Below, one piece after another: positions 10,416 to 21,101 of a stretch of 64,000 nucleotides of DNA (positions are counted from its first letter, which is position 1; the number at the start of each line of letters is the position of its first letter). The translations under genes were made by a program, and so were the position numbers. The stretch spans positions 8,246,001 through 8,310,000 of the forward strand of contig JBHGNT010000006.1 of assembly GCA_043228905.1 (NCBI GenBank). The letters run 5' to 3'. Below the pieces are notes generated by a model. That model worked only from the letters and a program-made list of their open reading frames with translations. It made no database searches and was not told the DNA's origin. The stretch is from Azolla caroliniana (Eukaryota; Plantae; Polypodiophyta).

Positions 10416-13061
10416 ATGCATAAATTAATATCTTTAAAGCATATTTCTGTATCGTCTGTATCGCCAAAACAACAGAAACGAGTGCAGATATCGAAACAGT
10501 CTGAGCCTCCTTCGTGCCCTAGTTCGCCCAAACTCTGTTTTTCTGATTTTCATCGCTACAGAAACTGTGCAGATCTGCAACTGTCATCGACAAGTGATTC
10601 AGAACAAGGAAACACAGAAGTCATGCCGATTCCTGTATCGGAAGAACTGCGATTGTGGCTTCATGAGAGAAACTTACAAGGTTTCATCAAAGTAGCAGAA
10701 GCGGAACCTCATCCGCAGGCGGAAGAATTGGTACAACAAATAGACATCACCAAAATCACCACAAAGAAAATACGAAATGCATTACAGATGCCAAGAGGAG
10801 GTTTTGAGGCAGTTAAAAAACCTTCATCAGAAGCACTCCAATCGTATTTCGGGGAATACTCACCCTCGGCAAAAGCATATCAGACTTATGGAGGTCGGGA
10901 TGAGTTTTTTCATGAAGTGGCGAGGTTTTTACTAGAGGTGGGATTTGTCAGTCCTCGTTTTTATTGTATGCCGAAAAAAAGGGCTGGGTTTATTATAGCC
11001 GCATATGAAAAAGAGGATTTCAACTGGCCACTATTGTCGGGGGAAGCTCTGAGAGAGCAGCTACAAGGGGTAAAAACAGGAAAACCGATGAAGCAAATTT
11101 TTGGTCGTTGGTTATCAGTATTGTTTCCGATTCAAGAATCGGAAACTCCTGTTCAGTCAAGAAGACCACCGATAATACAAGCACCACGAAGACACCGACA
11201 GCTAGTACATGAAGAATGGATAGAAGAAGAATCGGCACATGCCGATAATATACAAACAAATATGTCTCAGTCGGAACCACCTAGACCAGAGAATTCCGAA
11301 AACAGACAACCAGAAACAGTTGACAATTTGAGAAACAAGCAACAGCCGACAGAAAATCGACAACAAGCAGAGAAGATGAGACAAAGAACAAGGATTAAAC
11401 AAAAGGCTAATCGGCAATTCCAACCAGAAAACAGTGAGGGATCAGCACCGAAAAGGCAACGCACAAATGAAAAGTCGAATACGCCTGTGGTAACAGAAGT
11501 ACTAACACCAGGGGATGAGAGCATTTCGACACAACCTCACCAAGGACAATCTTCAAAAGTAGCCATTCGGGAAGCACATGGATACTTGGATATCCCACCA
11601 GCAGCACATGAATTAGCTGCCATTTTGCAGTTCGGAACTTCATACGAACTGGTTGAATGGTTGGCTAAAAGATTGACAGAAGTATCAGAACGGCTGGCTC
11701 AAGAACATAATGACCGAATAATGATACAGAAAGCCCTACGAGGAGTGTTGGAACCTCAAGAAAAAGCAGAGATAGAGAAAATAGGCCGGAAAAGAAGTGC
11801 ACAGCATAGAGGGGAGGCTATTGAAATGCCACCATTACATGAAGCACTGGTCGAAATTCATAAAGAATATGAAACGGCACGCAAAGCAGCCAGTGATATG
11901 GCTGAAAGATACAAAAGTGTATCAGCATCGGCGGAGGTGCTGAAGCATCAGTTTTGTAACATACAAGCAGAAAATAAAGAACTAAAGGAAAGTCTAAACA
12001 AATGGGAAACACAGGCACGGCTTATGGTGTCGGAGTCAGAATGGCAACAGAAATTAGAGGATGCTGAGAAAGCACGACAAGCAGAAACAACAAGGGCCAA
12101 CAATGCAGTATTTCGAACTACAGAATTAGAAAAACAAATAGAAACCATTCAGAATGGTCAATACAAAGCTCTCGAAGAAAAAAATCAAGTAATAAACGAA
12201 TTACAGAAAAATCTAGAAGAAGCTAAGACGGCCAATCATACATATACCGAACAAATTGAAGAATTCGAAAGGTATATAGTGTCACAGGAAAGTCAATTGA
12301 CAGAAAAACAGCAGAGTCTTGAAGAAGTCAACAGAAGAATGACGGAACAGCAGGAGGAATGGAGTAGAGAGAAATCGGCATTCGAACAACAACTGGACGA
12401 AATTCGGAAGATAGCGGAACAAAGACGACTGGATATATATGTAGTCGAATCCAAATTAATGCGAGCTGAAAGTGAGAACCGAACCACTATTACGGATTTA
12501 CAGAAAGAGTTGCAAACCGCCCAATACGTCGCAAGCATCACTAGGGACAAAGTGCACCACATCATAGGTAAACATCGAAACCTAGCAAAGAAACTGATCG
12601 ATGAATCCCTTGCGCAAGGATGGAAGTTATGGACAGCACAAGCGGCGGAATTACAGATATTGCGTGCCGACAAAAATAACCGTCAGGTACAAGGTGCAGG
12701 TTTTTTTAAAATGGCACAAAAGGATATTGACAATATCCAAGAGGATATCATGAAAGATATGGATGAAATTGCGGCATTTTACAGAGAAGAAATTCAACGT
12801 ATTATGCAAGAATTCGACAAAAATGATATAGGCACTTCCGTCCAGTTGGATAAAATCGAAGCCGAAAGAACCAGCAAGACTCCTGGTATTCAAGCTTCCG
12901 GAAGAAGTGAACCAGAGCAGCCAACCGAATCACAACCTGCTCCGGAGGACTGTGACACAGACGAAGATGAAGAGGAAGATATAGGTGGAATACATCCAAG
13001 GCCAGATGAGCCTTCGATTTTTGATATTCTGAACGATTCGGATGAAGAGCTACAGGAATAG
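10416..13061 (+). CDS. Accessory ORF3 of element 1 (881 aa): globular N-terminal region, disordered middle, long coiled coil, acidic tail; function unknown
   Basis: Intact long ORF between pol and 3' LTR; E/K/Q heptad-rich segment ~aa 480-790; no obvious transmembrane segment; TATAAATA at 10304-10311 upstream. Confidence 0.85.
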   Translation: MHKLISLKHISVSSVSPKQQKRVQISKQSEPPSCPSSPKLCFSDFHRYRNCADLQLSSTSDSEQGNTEVMPIPVSEELRLWLHERNLQGFIKVAEAEPHPQAEELVQQIDITKITTKKIRNALQMPRGGFEAVKKPSSEALQSYFGEYSPSAKAYQTYGGRDEFFHEVARFLLEVGFVSPRFYCMPKKRAGFIIAAYEKEDFNWPLLSGEALREQLQGVKTGKPMKQIFGRWLSVLFPIQESETPVQSRRPPIIQAPRRHRQLVHEEWIEEESAHADNIQTNMSQSEPPRPENSENRQPETVDNLRNKQQPTENRQQAEKMRQRTRIKQKANRQFQPENSEGSAPKRQRTNEKSNTPVVTEVLTPGDESISTQPHQGQSSKVAIREAHGYLDIPPAAHELAAILQFGTSYELVEWLAKRLTEVSERLAQEHNDRIMIQKALRGVLEPQEKAEIEKIGRKRSAQHRGEAIEMPPLHEALVEIHKEYETARKAASDMAERYKSVSASAEVLKHQFCNIQAENKELKESLNKWETQARLMVSESEWQQKLEDAEKARQAETTRANNAVFRTTELEKQIETIQNGQYKALEEKNQVINELQKNLEEAKTANHTYTEQIEEFERYIVSQESQLTEKQQSLEEVNRRMTEQQEEWSREKSAFEQQLDEIRKIAEQRRLDIYVVESKLMRAESENRTTITDLQKELQTAQYVASITRDKVHHIIGKHRNLAKKLIDESLAQGWKLWTAQAAELQILRADKNNRQVQGAGFFKMAQKDIDNIQEDIMKDMDEIAAFYREEIQRIMQEFDKNDIGTSVQLDKIEAERTSKTPGIQASGRSEPEQPTESQPAPEDCDTDEDEEEDIGGIHPRPDEPSIFDILNDSDEELQE

Positions 13062-13103
13062 GCGTGGGTTCGCCGGACAAGGTCCTGGCCCACGGTCGTG
13101 CCA
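13062..13103 (+). other. tRNA-3'-end-like hairpin at the position normally occupied by the polypurine tract
   Basis: GCGTGGGTTCG-CCGGACAAGGTCCTGG-CCCACGGTCGTGCCA, then AG, then the 3' LTR TG. Confidence 0.65.
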
Positions 13104-13105
13104 AG

Positions 13106-13562
13106 TGTTACCCGGACCCGGACAGTCAGTTTTACCGAACAGGTGGGAAAGCGTCGAAAACAGAGTCGGTTCGGATCGACTGTTCGGATCAATGACTCAG
13201 CAGTAAAACGAAGAGAACTAAGTTAGTTAGATAATTTTGTAAATCTTGTTAGGGAGTAGGAATAGTTCTTGATGAGAAAAGACCTTCGGTATACCTATAA
13301 AAGGGAACCAAAGGCATTGTAAGAAAGGTCGTTTTATTTAGTAATATAAGTTTAAGTTAGGAATATCTTGTACGGATTCTGTGTTTCTCTGTTGTCTATG
13401 ATCTTAAGTGCAAGCTTCCTAATTTATAACTAAGTAACGATCACGGTAATTACCGATTAATATAGCATAATTCCGTTCGTAAAACACAATTCCTTGTTAG
13501 AACGTTGAGTAGCGACGTTCACTCTTCTGTATCGGTAATAGTTAGTAATTAGCCGATTAACA
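13106..13562 (+). repeat. 3' LTR of element 1
   Basis: Direct repeat of 4298-4754, followed by TSD CTTTA. Confidence 0.97.
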
Positions 13563-13567
13563 CTTTA

Positions 13568-15525
13568 TGGGAAAAACACCTCTCCACAAGTATTGGGCCA
13601 ATTGTTGGACATGCATCTGATGGAGATAGTAGGAGAAGAAAGATTATGCTTCAAGATTACTTAACCCCAAGCATATGCTTAAGATATAAATTGCCTTGGG
13701 ATGGTTGGATCTTCACAGGTCAAATGCATAATAATATGGTAAGTTGTCTTCATGATCAAGATTTCATCCATAATGGAAAGAAACTTGTGAATGCACTAGA
13801 TAATCCCTCAAGACAATTAGTAATTGGGGATGTATGGATCACATTGAATCATGTGTCTTTGGTATATAATAACTTCTCTATTGATGCACATGGCTTAAGG
13901 GAATGTGATATTACGAGAGAAGATAGACAAAATTGGGCTGGAGCTCAAAGAATTGCAAGTAGAAATGTTACTAATTGTTTAAAGATGTTATACCAAGGTG
14001 GAGAAGGTGTCAAAGTAAGAGAAAGAGGCGCTTTGGGAACACATGTATACTTGCATATATTAGGTGACTATATTGATATTTTTCTATCCCCTCATGAGAG
14101 CTTATTCAAGTGTGTGGTACTTGCATCTAAAGTTGCATTCTTCTTTCAAATATGGAGATTATGGAGTCTAGATAATCCAATTTATAACTTAAAAAGTAAT
14201 TTCATTAGTCGAGAAACATTTTTGGATGTACAAATATCTTGTCACTTTGTAGTTTTACTTATAAAAATGTTTCGTGACTTTTATCCACAACTAGAATGTC
14301 CATTGCATCTCACAGGGTCTGATGGAGCTGAGATATTTTTTAGTAAAATAGGGGGAATTATTGGTATGGAGCGTGCGTTTGATATACCAGATGTTTTGCA
14401 TTGTAGTGGAAATGTAAACAAGCTTGCCAAATTTGAGTGCATTGATAATGGATTGGTTTTTCCAAGAGCTCATAAGAAGCAAGAATCAATACGGTCTAAA
14501 CTCAATTTCATGCATGACAAGCCTCTTGCAAACTTAAAAAACTACATTGATATCTCAAATGATGATCAACTTGTTTTTGCACTTAAAGAAGGTTTAAAAG
14601 AAGCCCAAATTTTATGTGAGTCGTTAAATATGAAGCCTAAACACAATGGGCAATGGTGGAATTATCCCGGGATTGAGACAAAACAATCCTTGAGTTATAT
14701 ATATGGAGAGAAAGATGATGAAGAATGTGTTGAACACAATAAAAACTTCACAATGCATGAATGTGTGGAGAATGATGATGAGATTGTAATAAGTGAAATT
14801 CGTCGTGAATTAGATGCTATATTGGATGACAACAATGTGAACTCTAAAGTCTCTTCATTTGTTCAAGTGGATGATAAGATTATATTTAAATCAACACTTG
14901 TGAGTCATCTAAATGGTAATCCAACATTGTCAAAGGATAGACTCACATGTGTAAGAGAAGGCGTCTTCTACTCATGTGAGAATGCAAATGATTTCCTAAA
15001 TGGAAATGGGAACCTAATTGGGATTGGTTTAGATTGTGTTGTATTCTTTACTAAAGAAGATGTTAATTCAACAAGACTGAAAAGAAAAGGAATATCAAAT
15101 AAAAATGTTGTTTGGTACTTAGGACGAGTACAAAGGATGCGAAGAAAGATTGGAAATAAATTTGTGGAGTATAAGAGAGGAATTGACTTGATGGATAGGC
15201 TTGAAGATGTTCAATTACAACTTGGTTGGTATAGGAAGATTAAGGGGAGTAGATTATTTGCATATGATTTGACAGATATTAAAATGGTTGACTTTGAGTC
15301 AATTATTGGATTAACGAACCTCACATATAATGCAAAATGTGATAACTATCTGTTAGATGAAAGCGATTGTAAAGTTTTCAACGATTTTATTTTGGAAATG
15401 AAATCCAGGTATGTATGTATAAGTTGTTTTGAATATATACTTGCATACATGTACATATATAATATATATTAAAGTAACTTAATATTTATGCTTTTTATTT
15501 TAACAGGAAAAGGAGAAAAGAGTAG
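13568..15525 (+). pseudogene. P-element-like DDE transposase, 3' portion (open frame 13568-15408; probable intron 15409-15506; short last exon to TAG 15525)
   Basis: Motifs GHASDGDSRRRK (2nd Asp), DQDFIHNGKKLVN (DxxHxxK), DRQNWAGAQRIAS and LTGSDGAEIFFS (catalytic Glu block). GT..AG splicing would end the protein KSRKRRKE. Confidence 0.75.
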
Positions 15526-16631
15526 AAACCAAATATAAACCTACGGTATTCCAAATATATTTTTTGATTTCTTTACTTCCATGTATATTAAGATTTCTTG
15601 CTTTTGTTGTTACATTTTATGATATAGGTCCAATGTTGAAGATGGAAACGACATGAAATTTACAGCCTAAAATGAACTTCTTAGGGTTTTCTTTTTATAT
15701 ACTCAGTCTTTATAAGGGTAACCTTTCTTGTAATAAGTTTTTTAAGTAGATATTGCAATAACAAAATGATTTATTTTATTTCATTTTGATTTGGGTAAGA
15801 GTATGTGAATAGATGATGTCTTACATTTTAAATGGAAATATGAAGTAGGTTGCCATTTGTTTGATCAATGTGTTTGAGAAAAAATAATATTATGGCTTTA
15901 TATGAGTCTATATCCATGAAACCAAACATAATGTTGATTTGTTAGTAATTTCATTATTGATATGCATTTTGGATTGTTCCATATGTGCTCTTTGAGATGT
16001 ATGTGTTAAGTTCAAGATTGTTTTATTGTAAATTACATTGTTTTTTATTGCTCAATGTTCTTCATACGTCTCAATAAACTAAAAACAAAAACTTATATGT
16101 GGCTTGTATATGTTATACCTGTAGTGTTTTTGGGTAATGTTTCCTAACTGTGTGTACATTACTTTGTACTACACATTGTGTTTTCAATCTATGTGGCACT
16201 TAATGAAGCATTTCTAGGAATTTGCATATGATGTTTAATGTCGATTCATAATTTTGCGAGTCATCAATTGTAAAGATGGTCATTGATCCCTTCTAGGATT
16301 GCAACCTATGTGTGCATGTATATTTTATATGTAAGGGTATTTAAAATGGGTGGTTATCAAAAAATATATTGGTAATAAGGGGTATTTTTATTAATATTTT
16401 TTCTATAGAAGGGTTACTAAAATAGTAAAAACCATACGTATAAGGGGTTTATAAATGATGTCATGAACGCACGTGATACAACCTTCTTATATATAGTGGA
16501 GTCCCCGGGGTGATGGTTGAGGAAGAAGAGAGATTCGGCACGCGACCGGATTCCGAAGACTGAGAGCTAGTAAGCTTTCCGGACGAGGAGGGCATGGCCC
16601 AAGCAAGGGCCGAAGAATGGTATGACGGTAC

Positions 16632-17087
16632 TATTAGAGATCTAGGTACTAAAGTAAGCTTAAGATAAGGATAAACTAATGATAGATAGAAAGGAGAAAG
16701 AGAAAGAAGGGTGCCGATCCACCCGACCACCCCTGAGCGAAGGGATCGAGACAGACTCGAGCCTCGATCGGCGTCCCATACCACCGTCGTGGCGTCGAGT
16801 CGTACCCGGTGCTGGCGCGCTCGCTACAAGAGTTGACCCACCATAAGAGCAGAGTCTCGATGTAGTAAAAAAGATGATGAAATGAGGGTAGCTAGGCCTC
16901 TTATTTATATTGATACCCAAGGCCCCCAGGCAAGTTCACACTTTACCTAATGGGTTTTCTCAATCCCGAGGATTAAAAGTAATCCTCCCCTTCTTTACAC
17001 TCTCGTTTAACCCTCACACTTATCCACGTGTATAGAATACTACGGTAAATTCTCACCACGGGATATTAAATGGTCATGCCCGTAACA
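16632..17087 (-). repeat. 3' LTR of element 2
   Basis: Minus strand TGTTACGGG...CTCTAATA; preceded by PPT AAAGAGGGGGAG (~17090-17104). Confidence 0.95.
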
Positions 17088-17089
17088 TA

Positions 17090-18365
17090 CTCCCCCTCTT
17101 TAAAACATTGCACTCTTGCAATGGAAAGTTAGAGAAGTTAGTTCTAAGAGTATTTTTGCGTTCCCATGTGGCATCTTTTATTGATTTATCCATCCATTTT
17201 ATTTTAAATTCTCGGATTTCTTTAGTATGTAATTTTTTTGTTTTAACATCGAGAATTCTTTCTGGTACATGTGGTTTAGAAGATAATTCTTCAGAAGTAA
17301 CTAGAGTTTCAGTTGTAACAGTATTGTCGCCAGACCTAGAAGTTCTTTTAGACGACTCACATGAAAGACTGGATGAATTCCGACACCATCGGGAAGAGCG
17401 AGACGATAGGTTGATGACCCAATGCGTTTGAGGACTGTAAAAGGTCCACAAAACCGTGGGGCTAACTTAGCGCACTTACCCATAGACAATGTCTTAGAAT
17501 TGTGAGGTACACGTAAAAATACCTTCTGTTCAGGGTTGAATACACAAGGTTGCCTATGATGGTCGGCATAAAAACGCGCTCTATCTTGAGCTGTTTTTAT
17601 ATTATCTCGTGCAATATGCAACATATCTTGCATATCCCGAAGAAAGTTTTGCGTACTTCGCAACTCATCATGATGTATATTAACATCAATCAGGGCTCGT
17701 GGCTGAAAACCATACATCAACATAAAAGGACTATATCCCGTCGACGTATGCTTGGAGTTGTTATAAGCCAACTCCAAAATTGGTAGATAACGTTCCCATT
17801 TTGTTGGTTTTGCACCAACGTATGCTCGAAGCATGTCCTCAATAATTTGATTTACTCGTTCTGTCTGTCCATCGGATTGAGGATGATCCATGGAGCTCAT
17901 GCTCAACGTAGTTTCTAACTTCTTAAAGACTTGCGTCCAGAAGTCACTAGTAAACTTTGGATCTCGATCACTCACGATATCCATCGGTAACCCATAAAAA
18001 CGAAATAATTCGTCAACGAATTGGTAAGCCAATTCAAGAGTTGTTACCGTGGTTTTAGTAGCAATAAATCTGGCCATTTTAGTTAGTCGGTCAAGCACAA
18101 CCCAGATGGCATCATGGCCTTTTTGGGTGCGAGGAAGGCTAACAATAAAATCCATGGATATGCTTTCCCACTTATTATTGGGAATGTCCAAGGGATGTAA
18201 AAGTCCTGCGGCTTTAAGTCACTCGGCTTTGTTAAGCTGACACTGGTGACATTTAGTCACATAGCTATGTATGTCAGGACACATCTTAGGCCAATAAAAT
18301 TGAGTGGAGATGAGAACGAGTGTACGATGTATTCCAGGGTGCCCTGCTGAGGGTGCATCATGGCA
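17090..18365 (-). pseudogene. Integrase plus type-II chromodomain of element 2 (frameshifted)
   Basis: WESISMDF...SDRD...DGQTERVN; GPF motif; IHPVFHVSRLK; in another frame PERILD...EFKIKWMDKSIKDATWE. Confidence 0.9.
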
Positions 18366-19700
18366 TTAAAAAAGAATCCTCTTTTTGACCTCGGGTAAAT
18401 CTGGAACACAAACCTTCCCATTACAGTAGAGCAAACCGTTAGCAATGTGGAAGTATTCCTTCGAGGATGTGGTGGTGTCTGTTCCAAACTCAACTCGTGC
18501 CCAGTATTTTGCAAAATAACTGTCATCATGATACTTTCCTCGAAGGTGATCACAAAGATCTGATGTTATTTCAGTGAAGCTAAGCATGTTAACTTCACGG
18601 ATGCGACTTAGTGCATCAGCGACAGTGTTCATGGAACCTTTATGATATCTTATGGAAAAATCAAAGTCCTGGATGAGATCAGCCCATCGTGCCTTATGAC
18701 CTTTCAGGTCTTGTTGGTCACAAAAATATTTCAAGGACTCGTGGTCCGTAGTTACCACAAAGCGATTTCCATAAAGATAATGGCGCCATGTTTTGAGCGC
18801 ATGTATAAATGCAAATAATTCCTTTTCTTGAACGGTATACCGACATTGAGCAGAATCAAGTTTCTTACTCTCGAATGCTATTGGTTTACCATCTTGATAT
18901 AAGACAGCACATATAGCATAATCGCTTGCATCGGTTTCAACCTCAAAAGGTTTTGAAGGATCAGGTAAAAGAAGTGAAGGAGCCTTGCAAACCAGGTCCT
19001 TGAGTTCCTTAAAGGCGAGGTCTAGTGTAGCATTCCACACAATAGGTTTTGTAGACTTACGCGTTTGACCTTTTAAAATATCAGTAAACGGAGTCGTCAA
19101 TTGGGAGTAATTACGAAGAGACTTTCGCAAAAACCCGACAAAACCAAGGAATGATCGAACTTCTCGAATATTCCGAAGAGTGGGCCAAAGCTTGATTTTC
19201 TCAATGCGAGAAGGATTAATTTCAACTCCTCTAGCGCGTACGAAATGTCGTTTTAGGAACATCGTCCTCACTTATTCATATTTGATGGTAGCTAGTACGG
19301 AGATCAAGTTTCGTAAAATACAGAGCTCCCTGGAGACGGTCAATTAGATCGTCAGCCCGGGGCAATGGGTACGAATTCTTGATCGTCACTTTATTCAAGC
19401 GTCGGTAATTAATACACATACGCCATGTGCCCTCTTTCTTTTTTACCAAGAGAACTGGTGCACCCCATGGAGATTTACTATAACGTATATAACCCATTCG
19501 TAAATAGTCCTTGAGTTGCTTAGATACCTCATCTTCTTCGGATCGACTTAAGCGATACGGAGGTATACTTATTGGTGCAACACCAGGTACAATATCTATA
19601 CGATGGTCTATATTACGTTTAGGAGGTAAGCCATCAGGTAGTTCACTTGGAAAAACATCATGAAAATCATTTAAGATTTCATCAAGTTGTTGTTGTTCAA
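18366..19700 (-). pseudogene. RT (core deleted) and RNase H of element 2
   Basis: [11 protein letters not shown] and [11 protein letters not shown], then a junction near 19235 directly into the connection region with no YxDD block; RNase H ETDASD, EKELFA, TDHESL. Confidence 0.9.
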
Positions 19701-19841
19701 AATATGTTAATTGAACCGAGACATTATCGATATTATAAACGTGAATGTCCAGATCAAGTACTCAATAAAATAGAGTAGAACAAGACAACTCGGATATTGA
19801 TGGACACGAGGAAACAATCGAGATGGATTGTTTTTTACACA

Positions 19842-21101
19842 TTAAATAAAATGAGTACAATCGTTCAGTACAAATATAATTGAATGATGAACCCAATCAA
19901 TAGATAAAGAAGAGTTTTTATTATAAAACCAGGGATAACCAAGTATTACATCGGTGGTACAAAGACTCATTACATGGAAGTCTACTTCCTCTATATAATT
20001 ATCAATAGAAATTCCTAATGAATGAATCGCCCCGTTGATGTATTGTACTCTTCCATCAGCCAAGTGCACCGTGTAGGTGTGATCACTTACGGTGGGTTGG
20101 ATTCCCCATATCTGAACCAAACGATCATTCACAAAATTGTGTGAGCTTCCTGAATCAAATAAAAATTGTACGGGAGAGCCATTGATATACCCGTTTGCAC
20201 GTAGTAAATCATTAGGACCCAATACATAGTGAGGGAAAGAACATTGACAATTACTTAAATGATGTGTATAGACCTGAAGGACATTAGGAATCTGACCTTT
20301 ATGGTCTGCAGCTTTAGCTTTGTTGTTGTGCTCTTTCCGTTGGAGCTTTCGACATTGATCTTTTGTATGACCCTTCTTTTTGCAGAATACGCAAAAAGGA
20401 TGTTGTCGCTTACAATCGCGATCCAGGAATTCGTTGGGTGTCTTGCGTTTCCCAACGAATTGCGACTGCTTAGTCCCGGGCGCTTCGTTGGGTTTGTTGT
20501 GGTCCTTCTTCGAAGTGCGTTGATAGCGAAGAACTATTTCAACGGCCTCTTCGAAGGATTTTGGATCCTTATCGTGCACTATCCAATGATAGTCTGAATT
20601 GGGGATGCCATTGACAAAACAAGCTATCAACCAATTGTCCCCTTCTAGACCCGATTTTTGGATTTGGGTTCTAGCATGGTGAACATAGTCTTCTAGCGAG
20701 GAAAATTTCCTGCTAGAGAGGTTCATTAAAGCTTGTGTTGCCTCGGTTCGAGAGGGAGGTTGCAGAAATTGGCCCTTAAAAACCGTGACAAAATCTGTCC
20801 AGGTATCGGGCAATTTCCCCATAGTACGGAGCCCACGCCACCAAGCGGCGGCCTTACCCCCGAGTTCTCGGCCGACATATGCAATCTTCGTACTATCTGG
20901 CGTGGGATAGAGCTCAAAATGAGACTCCCATCGTCCCAGCCATGTGCAGATTGCTTCTTCGGTTCTTTCCTTTTTGTCTCCCGTAAATGGCTTAACGACA
21001 AATGATGGTTCACCTTGTCGCTCATCAGGTTTATTAGTCTCACGTTGTAGACTAATGACACGTGCCTCAAGAGCACTCTGAGATTGCCGAAGTTCGGTCA
21101 T
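19842..21101 (-). CDS. gag: Gag-protease of element 2
   Basis: Gag core (AAAWW), CVFCKKKGHTKDQC knuckle, protease LFDSGSSHNF...DVILGYPW; ends in a premature stop. Confidence 0.88.
   Translation of the reverse strand: MTELRQSQSALEARVISLQRETNKPDERQGEPSFVVKPFTGDKKERTEEAICTWLGRWESHFELYPTPDSTKIAYVGRELGGKAAAWWRGLRTMGKLPDTWTDFVTVFKGQFLQPPSRTEATQALMNLSSRKFSSLEDYVHHARTQIQKSGLEGDNWLIACFVNGIPNSDYHWIVHDKDPKSFEEAVEIVLRYQRTSKKDHNKPNEAPGTKQSQFVGKRKTPNEFLDRDCKRQHPFCVFCKKKGHTKDQCRKLQRKEHNNKAKAADHKGQIPNVLQVYTHHLSNCQCSFPHYVLGPNDLLRANGYINGSPVQFLFDSGSSHNFVNDRLVQIWGIQPTVSDHTYTVHLADGRVQYINGAIHSLGISIDNYIEEVDFHVMSLCTTDVILGYPWFYNKNSSLSIDWVHHSIIFVLNDCTHFI

Larger units (their letters stand above)
4298..13562 (+). mobile_element. 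Full-length non-chromovirus Ty3/gypsy LTR retrotransposon (Tat/Athila-like lineage) with extra 3' ORF
   Basis: Two 457-bp TG...CA LTRs (4298-4754, 13106-13562); 5-bp TSD CTTTA at 4293-4297 and 13563-13567; domain order gag-PR-RT-RH-INT; no chromodomain seen. Confidence 0.97.

Noticed and set aside
10416-13061. Calling ORF3 an envelope gene or a captured host myosin/SMC gene
   Set aside because: No signal peptide or TM segment and no ATPase motifs; coiled-coil composition alone is non-specific.
13062-13103. A real tRNA gene
   Set aside because: Only T-arm and acceptor-3' resemblance; no D-arm, anticodon arm or A box, and the T-loop is replaced by an extra hairpin.
4298-13562. Idea that element 1 is really minus-oriented, with its PBS at 13089-13103
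   Set aside because: LTR TATA, all ORFs and a + strand PBS agree on + orientation, and no minus-strand PPT adjoins the left LTR.
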